This document shows, piece after piece, positions 39,900 to 51,300 of a stretch of 64,000 bases of DNA (position 1 is its first letter; each line of letters begins with the position of its first letter). Origin of the DNA: Tubiluchus corallicola (lineage: Eukaryota > Animalia > Priapulida); NCBI GenBank assembly GCA_030141605.1, contig JAQGDQ010000054.1, positions 620,001 to 684,000 on the forward strand, in the 5' to 3' direction. Under the pieces are notes generated by a model that was not told the DNA's origin, ran no database searches, and saw nothing but the letters and a program-made list of their open reading frames with translations. The position numbers were made by a program, and so were the translations under genes.

Positions 39900-42875
39900 G
39901 TGTGTGTGTGTATGTAGAGCTGGTTAATTTTGCAGAATGGAATACCTTCTACTAGTTTACACAACCTGTCGCTATAGCAGCCAGTGTACAGTGTCTAGGC
40001 AAAAAACTTTATCGCAGGTGGATTAGTGTGTAATATCGGGCAGTCAATTTGAACTCAAGGGCAACCCAGGTTTGACAAAGGGCCATCTTCCCTTGTATTG
40101 GGTCAGTAGTCTAGGTGTGGCTTCGTTTAACAACATCTCATTTGCTGGAAGATTAGGGCTTACATTTTAAAGTATTTAAGTGACAGCTTACTGTAATAAG
40201 GTTGTGATGGATTAACATTAGAAAAATTAAATTATTTATTATATCACACGTGATATATACTACATAATTACAATTTTACTCAATAACATGAAAAATTTAC
40301 TTATTCGTCTAAATCCAGAATCCATCATTTCGTTATTCTTTGTCATTTTTATTGTCTCTAGTATTTTCATTTGCATTCATTTATTATTAGTTTTTAAACT
40401 GCACATATTTTGCACCTAAATTCAGTAATTAGTAATACTTTTGATTATTCATTTGGTACTGGTTTCTTTCAGTGTTTTTAGTTTTGTTTGCCATTGTCGG
40501 TTTTTCACTTTTAAAGTTGTTTAGAATTAGCTCAATAAAAACATTAGACTAGGATTTTTAATAACTTGACATTAATTTTATGGTTCACAAAAATAATAAT
40601 TTTTTTCATTTTGTTTACCTGCCGTAATTAGTTTTTTCATTTTATTTACCTGCCGTTTCTAAACAGAAATGTCATAACAAGTGCATGGGGTGCTCTAATT
40701 TTCACTCCATATCTGAAAAACATGTTAATGATAAAAATTACAAAAACATGCTATAAAGTATTTAAGGTCATTTCACCTAAATGAACACTTTGGTAACTAT
40801 TATTTCTTGGTCACTTACTGCAAACAAGACAGCCACAGCATGCTGAATGTAGGTAAAATGGCACAGGAAGGAAAAAATGGCATAGGAAAAAATGGCACAG
40901 GAAAAAAATGGCATAGGTAAAAATGGCACTGGTAAAAATGGCACAGATCAAAATGGCACATTTAGTAAAATGATTTTTTGTGGTTATGGTTACTGTGGGA
41001 GAAAACAATTTTGATGATTTTTACATCTGCCAAGGAAGTTATGCTTCAACGCAGTCTGGTTGGTTGGTAGTTTCTTGTCTGTTATAGCAGTAAGCATATT
41101 ATGCAAAAATTACCTAACACATTTCAACAAAACATTGTGGAGAAGGCGGTATAGGGTACCTAAATGGACATTTTTCGTCCATTCTTTTTTTCCACAAAGC
41201 TTGACCGAAACACAATGTACAAAATACATTCGTGAAGCACTTCATGGAGGTCTCAGTGGGAGTGTTTAGTACCTTTTTTTATTATATTCACCAGGACAAA
41301 CAACTATGGGTTAGTTTCTAGTTCCATTTCTAGAAATTTGGAAAAAATGCAACTCTATCTATAACCTTTGCTTTTCAATGTGTATAGCCCAAGCCTTATA
41401 AGGTGACTTGTAATTTATATATGTAATGTATATATTTGTCAGTCTATTACCATCGACAAACTTAATGGTTGAAAAGGTAGATAAACAATGGTGGAATATT
41501 TGTGCATTATTAATTATAAATCTATTTAACGAACAAATATTTTGTGAGACTTTTAATAGTCTATATAATACCAATACAGGCACATTTTTTATGTTTGTTT
41601 GTTTGTCTTAGTGTTAATTTTTTTAATAAGACTAATATTACAATAAGATTAGGACTTTTTGGCTTTGGCAGTGATCTGCTTCCTACTGAGCGCATTCTAG
41701 TTTTATTATAGAATCAAATACATGAAAATAAAATATGTGCCATTTTCTTCCTGCGCTATGTTTTCCTGTGCCATTTTTACCTACTAATCCATTCGTGCCA
41801 TTTTTCTATACACCACAACATGTCATGTGGGTTAAGAAGCTAGACTAGAGCTATTTGATAAGCAAAGACAAAAAGATTCTCATATTATATAACAAAGCGT
41901 CAAGTGATAGGGCCGCAGCCTGGAACCCATACAATTACTGACATCAAGCGCACTGAGCAAGTCCAGTGATATGCAGCACGATATGTACGAAATGAATATA
42001 CCAGAAATGCCGAAGTATTTAAGACGATATCCGAATTTGGGTGGGATACTAAACATCTTTCATGATACAGTGCATCACAGGATAGGTATACGTTTACCAA
42101 CTTACATCACCCCATTTCTCAAAGATAACAACAAATTTGTTCAGCCATCAGCAAGAGTCTGTACTTATTTATACTCCTTCTACCCCAGAGCAATACGTTT
42201 GTGGAACAAGGTTCCTCCGGAAATCAGAGAAATCACTTCTAGAGATCACTTCCGAGCACAAGCACCCTCTGCTGTTTCTACCATGAGGGTGCCATCCCAC
42301 CTAATCTGTCTGCAAATCTAACAGTGTTTTTAGCCTGCATCCACCATGTTTGTTTTGCTTATTTCACCTCTTTTCATAACCTCTAATACCAGCACCAGTT
42401 AGCGAGTTGCTTTTCTCAGCGTGTATACTAACCATGTGCACCCCAAACTTCTAGTATGTCGTCAAAGCCTTTTAGAAGTATATTTTTTCAAGACAGGTTG
42501 ACAACTAGAAGTTGTGACCGACACTGCTGCTTTATTTTCTACGTCTATGTCCGTGTCTTTATACTCGGATTTTGTCGCTTTGTTAGAAAATTGTTCCTAA
42601 CCGAAGTGTTAAACTTAGAACATAACATGGAAGTATTAAGTATGAGGTTCAAGCCGCTCAACTCAACTTTCAAATTTTCGTTCTGATACTTTATTGATAG
42701 TCAATTTAGAAAAGCTCAGCAAAAGACCGTATCACAATTATAAACATACATGTCAATGATTTGATACTCACACTGCACCATTTCGCAAACCTTTCAAAAG
42801 GGCTAATATTCCTTTGTATTTTTTGCAAGTTAAAATTTCATTAACAAAATCCAGACAACTAATAGGAGCCGCCAT
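38809..42875 (-). CDS. PXMP4: Peroxisomal membrane protein 4 (PMP24), 4 exons, 208 aa
   Basis: Exons 42875-42772 (MAAPISCLDFVNEILTCKKYKGILALLKGLRNGAV), 40712-40650 (YGVKIRAPHALVMTFLFRNG), 39707-39509 (FFDKLRIIWRATKQHSKNLASFVFLYK...NPVNMQ), 39069-38809 (INLYLFSRILFGLAK...LQNSMTYLYHDSNKW...); GT-AG introns, phases consistent. Confidence 0.95.
39837..39913. repeat. (TA)n(TG)n dinucleotide microsatellite
   Basis: Directly visible in PXMP4 intron 2. Confidence 0.95.
40846..41814. mobile_element. Foldback-like MITE with tandem ~15-bp subterminal repeats (AAAAATGGCACAGG)
   Basis: About 7 tandem AAAATGGCA(C/T) units at 40855-40960 and inverted GTGCCATTTT units at 41737-41814; no clear TSD read. Confidence 0.65.
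41021..41702 (+). mobile_element. Helentron-associated (HINE/DINE-1-like) element nested in the foldback MITE
   Basis: 5' TTACATCTGCCAAGGAAGTTATG, internal (TGGT)n, 3' CTTTGGCAG..TCTGC..TACTGAGCGCATTCTAG followed by a T-run; subterminal inverted repeat CTGCCAA/TTGGCAG. Confidence 0.55.
41900..42330 (+). mobile_element. CR1/L2-type LINE ORF2 3' fragment
   Basis: Decayed AAWNP..IKRTEQVQ*YAARYV and YSFYPRAIRLWNKVP motifs. Confidence 0.75.
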
Positions 42876-42899
42876 ACTAAACAGTACACACTGTCTTGT

Positions 42900-43010
42900 G
42901 ACATTTTTTGAGACGACGCGTCACAGTAAAGTGAGTAAATTTCCAAAGAAGAACTTTCCGCGCGTGCACGCTAGGGAGTTCGCTCGGAACTCGGAAGTGG
43001 TGCTGACAAG
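42900..43010 (-). promoter_or_regulatory. CpG-rich proximal promoter of PXMP4
   Basis: Local CpG cluster (GACGACGCGTCAC, CCGCGCGTGCACGC) and ETS-type CGGAAC/CGGAAGT motifs just upstream of the ATG, in otherwise AT-rich DNA. Confidence 0.45.
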
Positions 43011-43044
43011 CCACAGGCATAGCAGCGTCTCGTTTCTTGCTGGA

Positions 43045-43520
43045 TTATTATTAATAATAATAAGAATTTATTGAATATTTTTATGCATTTTATATGTTGA
43101 TCCATTGCATTATACAAATAAAAGAACATCAAAATAACTGAAAAAATTAATTCCTAAGATATATAAGACCATGGCACATGAATATGACAAAAAAGGGAAA
43201 ATAATAAAAACATGGAAAATTCAGTAAATTAATAAAACCAATGCCATAAAACATACAAAATCGTAAAAAATGCAAGATTAGCTCAACCACAGAAGGCTTC
43301 ATTAAAACAGTAACCTTTCAGACTTTTTTTAAAATCGTCAAGGCATTGATCAGGCATAATTGCAGCGGCAAAAACAGCGCAATTTGGTGGCAGCAGAACT
43401 GAATGATTTATCGACGCATGTAACAAGCCTGGTGCATGTGACTTCAAGATTGCTTCTATTTGAGCTAGATCTTAATACTCTGCGAGGCCTCATAGTTTAA
43501 GAAGGTCTGATATGTAAGTA
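43045..43520 (-). mobile_element. L2-type LINE 3' end fragment
   Basis: Minus-strand YISDLLK..RPRRVLRSS..DKSFSSAATKL with frameshifts, and a (TAA/TTA)n tail near 43045-43062. Confidence 0.55.
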
Positions 43521-45149
43521 TGTTACTGTTATGTTTACCTGGCTTGGGGGCAGTTTCCTTTTATTTTAGGGTTTTGTCTGCCCAGTGTCTACATAATGAT
43601 TCTAATCAACAATATGGTAACAAAATATAGTAACAATTAGTAAATGGTAACAAAAATTAGCTCAGGTCAGAAAATTCAAACTCTTAGAATTTGGCATAGA
43701 AGTACTTAGTAGACAAAATAATACAGATCAATTTCTATATAATTTTATACTGCAAGCTGGAGACGAAGCAGGGCACTGTGTCTTGGGTGAGTTGAACTTC
43801 AAAAGACCAACACAGATTCTGTATAATACTATTTTTTCGCACATGAATTTAATATTACATGGCACACATAATAAGCACAATACAAAAATTGTCTACAATA
43901 AAAATACGTACAGTGAATGGGAAAAATAATGAAAAAAAACGACTAGACAACACACCTTTAAAGATTAAACTATATTAATTAGAACATTATACTAATTAAA
44001 ACGTATTTAATTAATAATGCAGTCATGTTATGTTACTCAGGCACATCACAGTGTACTATATTTTCACGCAAATCAATCATTTCTTTTAAGACACTAACTT
44101 TACTTTTAATATCAACAGGAATGTGCCTATGGTACTTAATTGAAATATCAATATGTAGAGACATCAAATTTTAGTACATAGAGTCACAAACCTTATTTCT
44201 GAGCACAAAGTTTCTGTAACATTGTTACAAAAAGATGAGGACGGGTTACAAAGTAGTGGAAGTCGTATGAATAATTACTGGCATATGCATGACTTAAAAC
44301 ACGGTTCGTAAATTTGCAGAATATAAATTTAAAGATTATTTCTAAAGGTAAGCAATCAGAAAGAAAAGCAATGAATTTACGATGTGTTCTAAGAGATAAG
44401 CGCCGTATCACCCGAGAGCTGTTCTCCATGCAACACACACTGTACCAACACAGCGACTAGACATAAGGTACGCTGTAAAAACTGCAACAATATTGGTTAA
44501 ACGATTTACATTCATAAGTCAGGATGATGATAAAATCAGCTTTTGAATATTACATCTTGTTCATAATTTGGATATACCACAAGAAACCATGCATACTATC
44601 ATCATCATCAGTTCAATTGTACTTAAATTATTACCTAAATGTACAGAACTATCAATATTTGATTAGAAAAACACCATTTACGAAAACATATTTCTTAGCA
44701 ACACAGTTGCAGACAGTAAATATCATTAACTCGCCTTTTCACTATTAAACACATGCTCAGTAGCATATATTTTCACATAATAACAGCCATCAGCTGAGAC
44801 CCTTTCAAAGACTCGATCAGTACTCATAGACCGAAATAAAAAGGAAAATTATAGTAGGAAATTCATCAGCTTGAACCTCTGAGGGCTGTCGTGGAAATTT
44901 TTGACGGACTTGGAGTTTCCTTTGATTTGGTGGGCCTTAGCCACTCAACCAACCTCAACCTGGCTATCTGCCGAATGTCTGGAACAAGCTTTGCAAATTT
45001 TCCTCATGTTAGAGCTATGGTCTTTCGGCACATCGATTTTAAAGAGTTAGAGTTAGATTGTGGATGCACGGAATATCGACCATTTGCTGCGTTAAAAATT
45101 TCAACGGCTCAGCCTGATACTGACTGGGAACGTATCTCTTCACTTTGGT

Positions 45150-45260
45150 CATTCTGATTGGACAAGTAACGTGCTACCTCCCTAATCTAACTGAAACACT
45201 TTCAATAGAGCATTTGACACGACGTCACCAACCACGTGAACGGTTTCACCAATGGCGTTC
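45150..45260 (+). promoter_or_regulatory. Putative BET gene promoter / 5' leader
   Basis: Reverse CCAAT box (CTGATTGG ~45154), CRE-like GACGTCA (~45221), E-box CACGTG (~45233), YY1-like AATGGCG (~45251); motif only. Confidence 0.4.
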
Positions 45261-45364
45261 ATCTTCTTGGTTATCATGATATAAAAGACGTTCGTGTGTT
45301 CGGTTGCGGTAGCCATTATAGCTGTCGGTCGAATGGGTTTTGTTATGAAATCCATGCTTATCAA

Positions 45365-48300
45365 ATGGATAAGAGTGACCATCCAGTTATGCAAGGCACC
45401 GAACAACCAGTACAGAACGCGAACACTGGGTAAATACGACTATTTACGCATTTTTTGTTTATTTTAAACACATATTTCAGCATTTTCTCAGATCGAAATT
45501 GTCAAACACATTTAAAACCAAACGTTTGGGTTTGCTGCGTAATTGGAACCGTTGTTCTCGTGTATTTGTACCACGTCTGCGCTAAAATTAATGAGCATGT
45601 TATTACTTAGTTCTCCTTACTTTGTTAAACCTATCGAAATCCTTTTAATTTTTTGTTCAGTAATGTCTAAAACACAATTTAACACGGCATTTGAACCGTA
45701 TTTGGACTAGTTATTGGAGCTCGAGGTTTTGCAGTTTGGACCATCCGGGCCTAAACAAACAGCGTAAAATTTGATCATTGTAATAATATTAGTGATTTTG
45801 TATAATTTTTTTTGTTTCCGCTACGTAAATCGTCATCTATGTAAAGCTAGATAAATTTACTATTACTAATACTATTAATCGACGAATACCACAAAAAATA
45901 ACTAAGGCACAAAAGTACTACCTAAAAAGTAAATGATACCATTATGTGCAGAGCTGGGTTATGACCTTTTGGAGCCCCTAGGCTGATGAAATTAAGGGTG
46001 GCCCCTCAGGCGGAGTTAACTCGCCTGCACCTGTCTTGAATATTTTTTAATCCTGATATAGTTTAGCAACACCTGAATTGCTTGATGTAAACTTATTACA
46101 GATTCTTTAAAAAATACAGTGTACATAAATCCACCTTGGTACAAAGCTAAATGGATTTGTTAGGCGTCTGGATTTACAAACCAAAGAGACCTATTAGATA
46201 GTGTTTTCTATGTTAATATGTGATTAACTGCTTGTCAAGTAAAAATGCAATACATTACATGTAACCAGGGATGCTACCAAAACATTTTAGCAAAACCAAC
46301 TATTATTAAAGCTGGAAAAAACTAAAATAATTCAACAAAATATTTTTTTGTTTTTTTTTGTTTGTTTGCTTTTATATGCTGTGATGCAAAATCACTGATA
46401 AAAAATTCTAATGGAAAACACGAAGAGTTTTTATAGTATAGAACCTCAAGTTTGATGGAGTGTTTTATCTAAGAAAAATCAATGTGTTACAATGTTTTTG
46501 GATTTAAGTAAAATATGTTGGTCACATAATTAACGATAATTGTAAAGACGGTGCTAGTATTCTAAATCAATTGTGCCTTTTTTATATTAGATTTAATTTT
46601 CTTTGTAGAAATTTTAATTTTCTTGGTAGAAATTTTAATTTTTGCTCTGCTAATATCAAATCTGTTCTGTTTAAATCTTATTTTTCAACTTTTTATTGTT
46701 TTGACCGCTGGATCATTTTTAGTGTTGTACTATTGGGAAATTAAAAGTGACCTACTATTTTGCACTGACGAAGTTTTTTGCTTGCTGTAGCACCACAGCA
46801 TCTAGAATATGTGCCGACAATGGCTGTAATCATTTTATAGTCATTTTATGCAAAAATACTTTTAGCCTTCATCAGCGAGTTCTTATTCTTAATACTGATG
46901 TCATTTCAACTTCGAATATTTTTGCCCATTGGGAATATACACTTAATAACCCTTTTTTACATATTTAGCTTACTAATTCTTTGTTCTTTGTGTATATATT
47001 TATTTTATTTGTCTTGTAGTAATATTTTTAATTGTCATTTTAACTAAGCTTTGTTTATTATTCTATAGTTCTTTTTATGTACTGAAATCAATGTAAAATA
47101 AAAATAATATAAAATTAAGTATCCTTAATGATTAATGTTTAAAGATCACAATGCTTCATTATCTTATTTTTATTTTGTAGATATTATGTTGCCTATATTT
47201 CATGAATTATAAAATTAGGTCAAATAAATTCAAATGTGGTTTGATATTTTGGTTGATTGGGCCTGGAGACACTAAAACTTCACAGTTGTCAGCACTGAAG
47301 ATGCGCCCCATAGCCGGTAAAAGCATGTCTCAGACTGTTGTGTAAAGGAAATTTTCACTTATTTGAACTATTTTAGCCAAGGTTTTTCAGCAATTTTGAC
47401 ATCTACAAGAAAAGAAAAGGTAAATTGGATAAATACTAGAAAAACTTCAAAAAAGTGTTACCGAAAATTATCCGAAATTTCGGCTACAAAACTTATTAAA
47501 TTTTTGCGGAAACCGAAAATTAACCGAAAGTGCAACTATCGGCAAACAGAACCAAAAATTTTGTTTCGGTAACGTCCCTGCATGTAACTTTCACATCAGC
47601 GATAATTCAGCATTCATTAAGCTTCTCATGCGTGGAACGATTTATCAGTTAGAATCGGCTTTTTAGTTTAAGTAATAACGTATGCAATAGACCATTATAT
47701 AGTATGCAGATAAGCTTGAATTCAAAACATGTTCAGTGTGGTCTGTTTTGGTGGAAAGCTTTGTTTTTTTTTGAAGTGAGTGTCTTGCTTCAGTTCGGTG
47801 AAATGTCACACATTTTTTAATAGCCTCTGTTTTGTTGTTCACACTGCAGCATTTCTAGCTAATGTTGTATTTTAGCAGCTGATACAGGAATTCCTGCTTC
47901 GTTGTCGTCGTCAGTTCTATTCATGTAAAAAGTTCTAAAAACAAAGATGCTCGTTTAACTCGAGTTAAAACCTGGGGCAACCATGTGGTTTTGCATCACA
48001 ATTTTGTTGTCTCCACAGTGTGAAAAATGGAATTATTAAGCAAAGTTTGGATTTGATAAACAGTAGATTTTGCTAGGTTAAAGTATTGTACATTTCTATT
48101 CCAGCAACAGTGGCCACTATTTTCAGCTGGATTTATCATCCCGTGGATTTATTAAGGGGATTCTATTGTACCACTATTTTACTATTTATTGCAAACCAAA
48201 TTAGCACATATTTCAATACAAACATAGTGGAAAAAACAGATTTTTTACCAAGTGTTATAAAACTCGGGGTGGGGGGGCCTATACTAGCCTATAGGATAAA

Positions 48301-51300
48301 TCAGGGCTCTGATCTCTATGTAAACCGTATATTAGACACTCACATGGTAGTGTGATTGGTTATATGAAAATGAGTAAATAATACGTAATGCCAAAGGTAT
48401 GCACACATGTCAACACAGACATTTGGACACACGATTCTTTGCCACAAAATTTTTGGACATAAGGTATTTTGGACACAACTAATTTGAACACAGATTTCTT
48501 TCGACATATAGACACTTTGCACATTAGACATTTTGACACATCCTGTCCTCCCAGAAGTTCCAGTAAATCTGCCCGAGGATGATTAGAAGTCATCTGTACA
48601 TTGGTCCCCATAAGCTAAGCTTGTCATGTTAATGAAGCCTTGTGTCTATTCTAAGTCTACATATGCAGTTAGTGATGCTCTGCTTGTAAACACAAAACTG
48701 TAATGTTTACAGTATAGTTTAAATTGATCTGGTTGTTTAAGAAGCATTAAAATGCCTAATCACAAAAAATGTTCACTCACGCGTTACTATGAAGAACTGC
48801 CATATTGATAACATTTTCGCTGGCACATGCTGGATTTGAGCTGCTCCACTTACTGCAGTAAACTCTATATTGAAAAAGGTGAAAATACGAAAGAAAACGG
48901 ATATACTACAAGTATATTTGACTAAAACGTATACATTTAAAAATTTGGATAATTTTTACACAAAAATCAACAGGGAAGTTGATTTTTGTTTCTAAAAGCT
49001 CTGTTGTATTCACTTTTTATGATGTCATTGGAATCAATTGCTTTTTAACCATGCAGCACATGTGTACTTGCAGGATCCATACCAACTGAAAAATAAAAAC
49101 AGTGTTGTTTGGGAGTTTTTATGAAAATGCTTGAATCAGAAATTTACTTTGTAGTGTTTAGTACAGATTGTGCAGAAAAAACATAAATAGGTATATAAGA
49201 AAAAACATGCTGTGTACTGCTGTCAAATTGCTGGTCAAATTGCTGTTCAAAATTAATTGTTGTATATATATTTTTTTGGCTGCCTGGCTCCATTTCTGGG
49301 AGCAAAAATTGCTAAATTTGCACCCCGAGAAGCCTTAATGATATTTTATTTTTAAGCTAAATGTTCAACTAAATCAATACAGCTTTGTGCTGAATTTGCA
49401 TTTCTCTTGACAGCATGGCTAACTATGTTTCATAATTTGGATAATAAAGCACAAAAACTTTGTTACCTGAAACTATTTACTGAAAAAATTTAAAACAACA
49501 TAACCTGCAAAGGTGTACAGAGTTATGGCAAATGCTGCATGATTTTGGTCCTTTCACACACTTGTGAGAGGTCATTCATTAAGAGGCATCGAAATGAGCA
49601 GTTAATTGTGTTATGCTCAGGTAGTGATAGCGGATTGATCAATTCTCAGGTTAACCATGCCCACCTCAGTAAACTGTGTTTGCAGACATGCAGCATGCTG
49701 CGACGGTGAGAGTGCTGAAGTTTTATACATGCGACGATTGCGGTTAATCAAGCAAATTCCTCTTACTTGTATGAATTGTCTGTGTCTAAATAAACTATGT
49801 GTAGATAATGTTCGTATCGAAATACCTTGTGTCCAAAACCCCTGTAACCGTAGTCATTGCCAAATGGGGGAAACAATCTCTAATGAGTAACTAAGATTGC
49901 TTGCTAAAATCTGTGTGTTAAAACTAACTTTGTGCTCGATTTTAGTGTGACATCCAGCGAAGCACAAATCAGTACCAAAGATGAAGAGAAAAAAGAAGAA
50001 GTTAAAATTGAAGAAAACCATAAGCCAGCAGAAGAGGAATCACCTTCACCTGAGGCAAGTTTGATATCTTTTTTTATTTGTTTGTAACCATAAAGCATTT
50101 TGAATGAATCGCTTCTAAAGTCTGCACTCGTAGTCATGAGTCAACCATCACAGATTTTATAATTTATGAACTTCCTTGTTACATAACATTAAATTTTGAT
50201 TTTTTATATCTTTCAAGTAGACTTGTAAAAAAATTGTGTTTAAAAATTGGATAGTAAACAAATCTAAATGGGGAAGTTCATAGCAAGCATTGTTAGAATA
50301 ATAAATGGCATGTAGCTATTCGATTTTTCTTTTCTCCAGTTCGTCATCTGTTATCAAAGTTACCTTAAATTTGTTAATTTGATTGTTAAATACATTTTGC
50401 ATTTCTTCTCTTCGTAGGACAAGGGCCCAAAAACAGGAGTTGTACAACCTCCTGTGCACCCAACGGAGCAGCATCCAGGGCGCAAAACAAACCAGTTAGA
50501 TTATCTCTCAAAAGTGGTGATGAAAGCTTGCTGGAAGCATCCTTTTGCTTGGCCTTTTCATGTTCCTGTTGATGCTGTCAGGCTTGGTTTACTGGTAATG
50601 CTTAATTTCTTTTTGAGAGAATACAGGTGAAAAATACCCACTTGAAGTGGTGTATTTCTCCAAATTTTATCAAATGGCCCTAAAGCTGCCGGTTGGCTTC
50701 ACTGAAAAATGCAATTCTGTAGCCGAAACTTGATTTTTCTAGTGCTTACTAGTTGGTTTTGCAAAAATAATTTCGTTTCGATTTCGTCTCGGTATTGGTT
50801 TCTTACGCTTCATAAATTTCGTAAAATTTGTAATTTTAGTTCTGGTAACATTCCTGACTGTCAGATTCAGGAAAAGCCTTGGCGTGTTCAGGAAAATGGC
50901 TATAACAACTTCTGAAATGTTTTTTAAATTATAGTTATATTTGATGTAACATTGTAAATATGTTTAACTTTTTGCTGCATTGTTCCTTAGACCTGTCAGT
51001 TTTGTGAGGATAAAAAAAGTGAGGATGTGATATATATGTAGTGAGGCAGGACTTAAAGAATATGAAAAAGTAGTGCCATAGTTGGATTTTACCACAATGG
51101 TGTATGAAATAGATTTATGTTGTTTTTTGGTACCTTGTGTAAGTAAAGATGTTGGGCTTGTGTGTAAAAGCTTCCTAACTATAATATTTCTGTAAAATGT
51201 TTTTTACAGGATTATCACTCTATCATCAAGCATCCAATGGACATGGGTACAATTAAGAAGCGCTTAGAAAACAATTATTATCACTCGGCAAGTGAATGCA

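Noticed and set aside
40855-40960. 15-bp tandem repeats resembling iterons or CRISPR
   Set aside because: Directly tandem, with inverted counterparts at 41737-41814; transposon subterminal repeats.
43790-44520. Possible further LINE fragment on the minus strand
   Set aside because: Similarity is too weak to support by eye.
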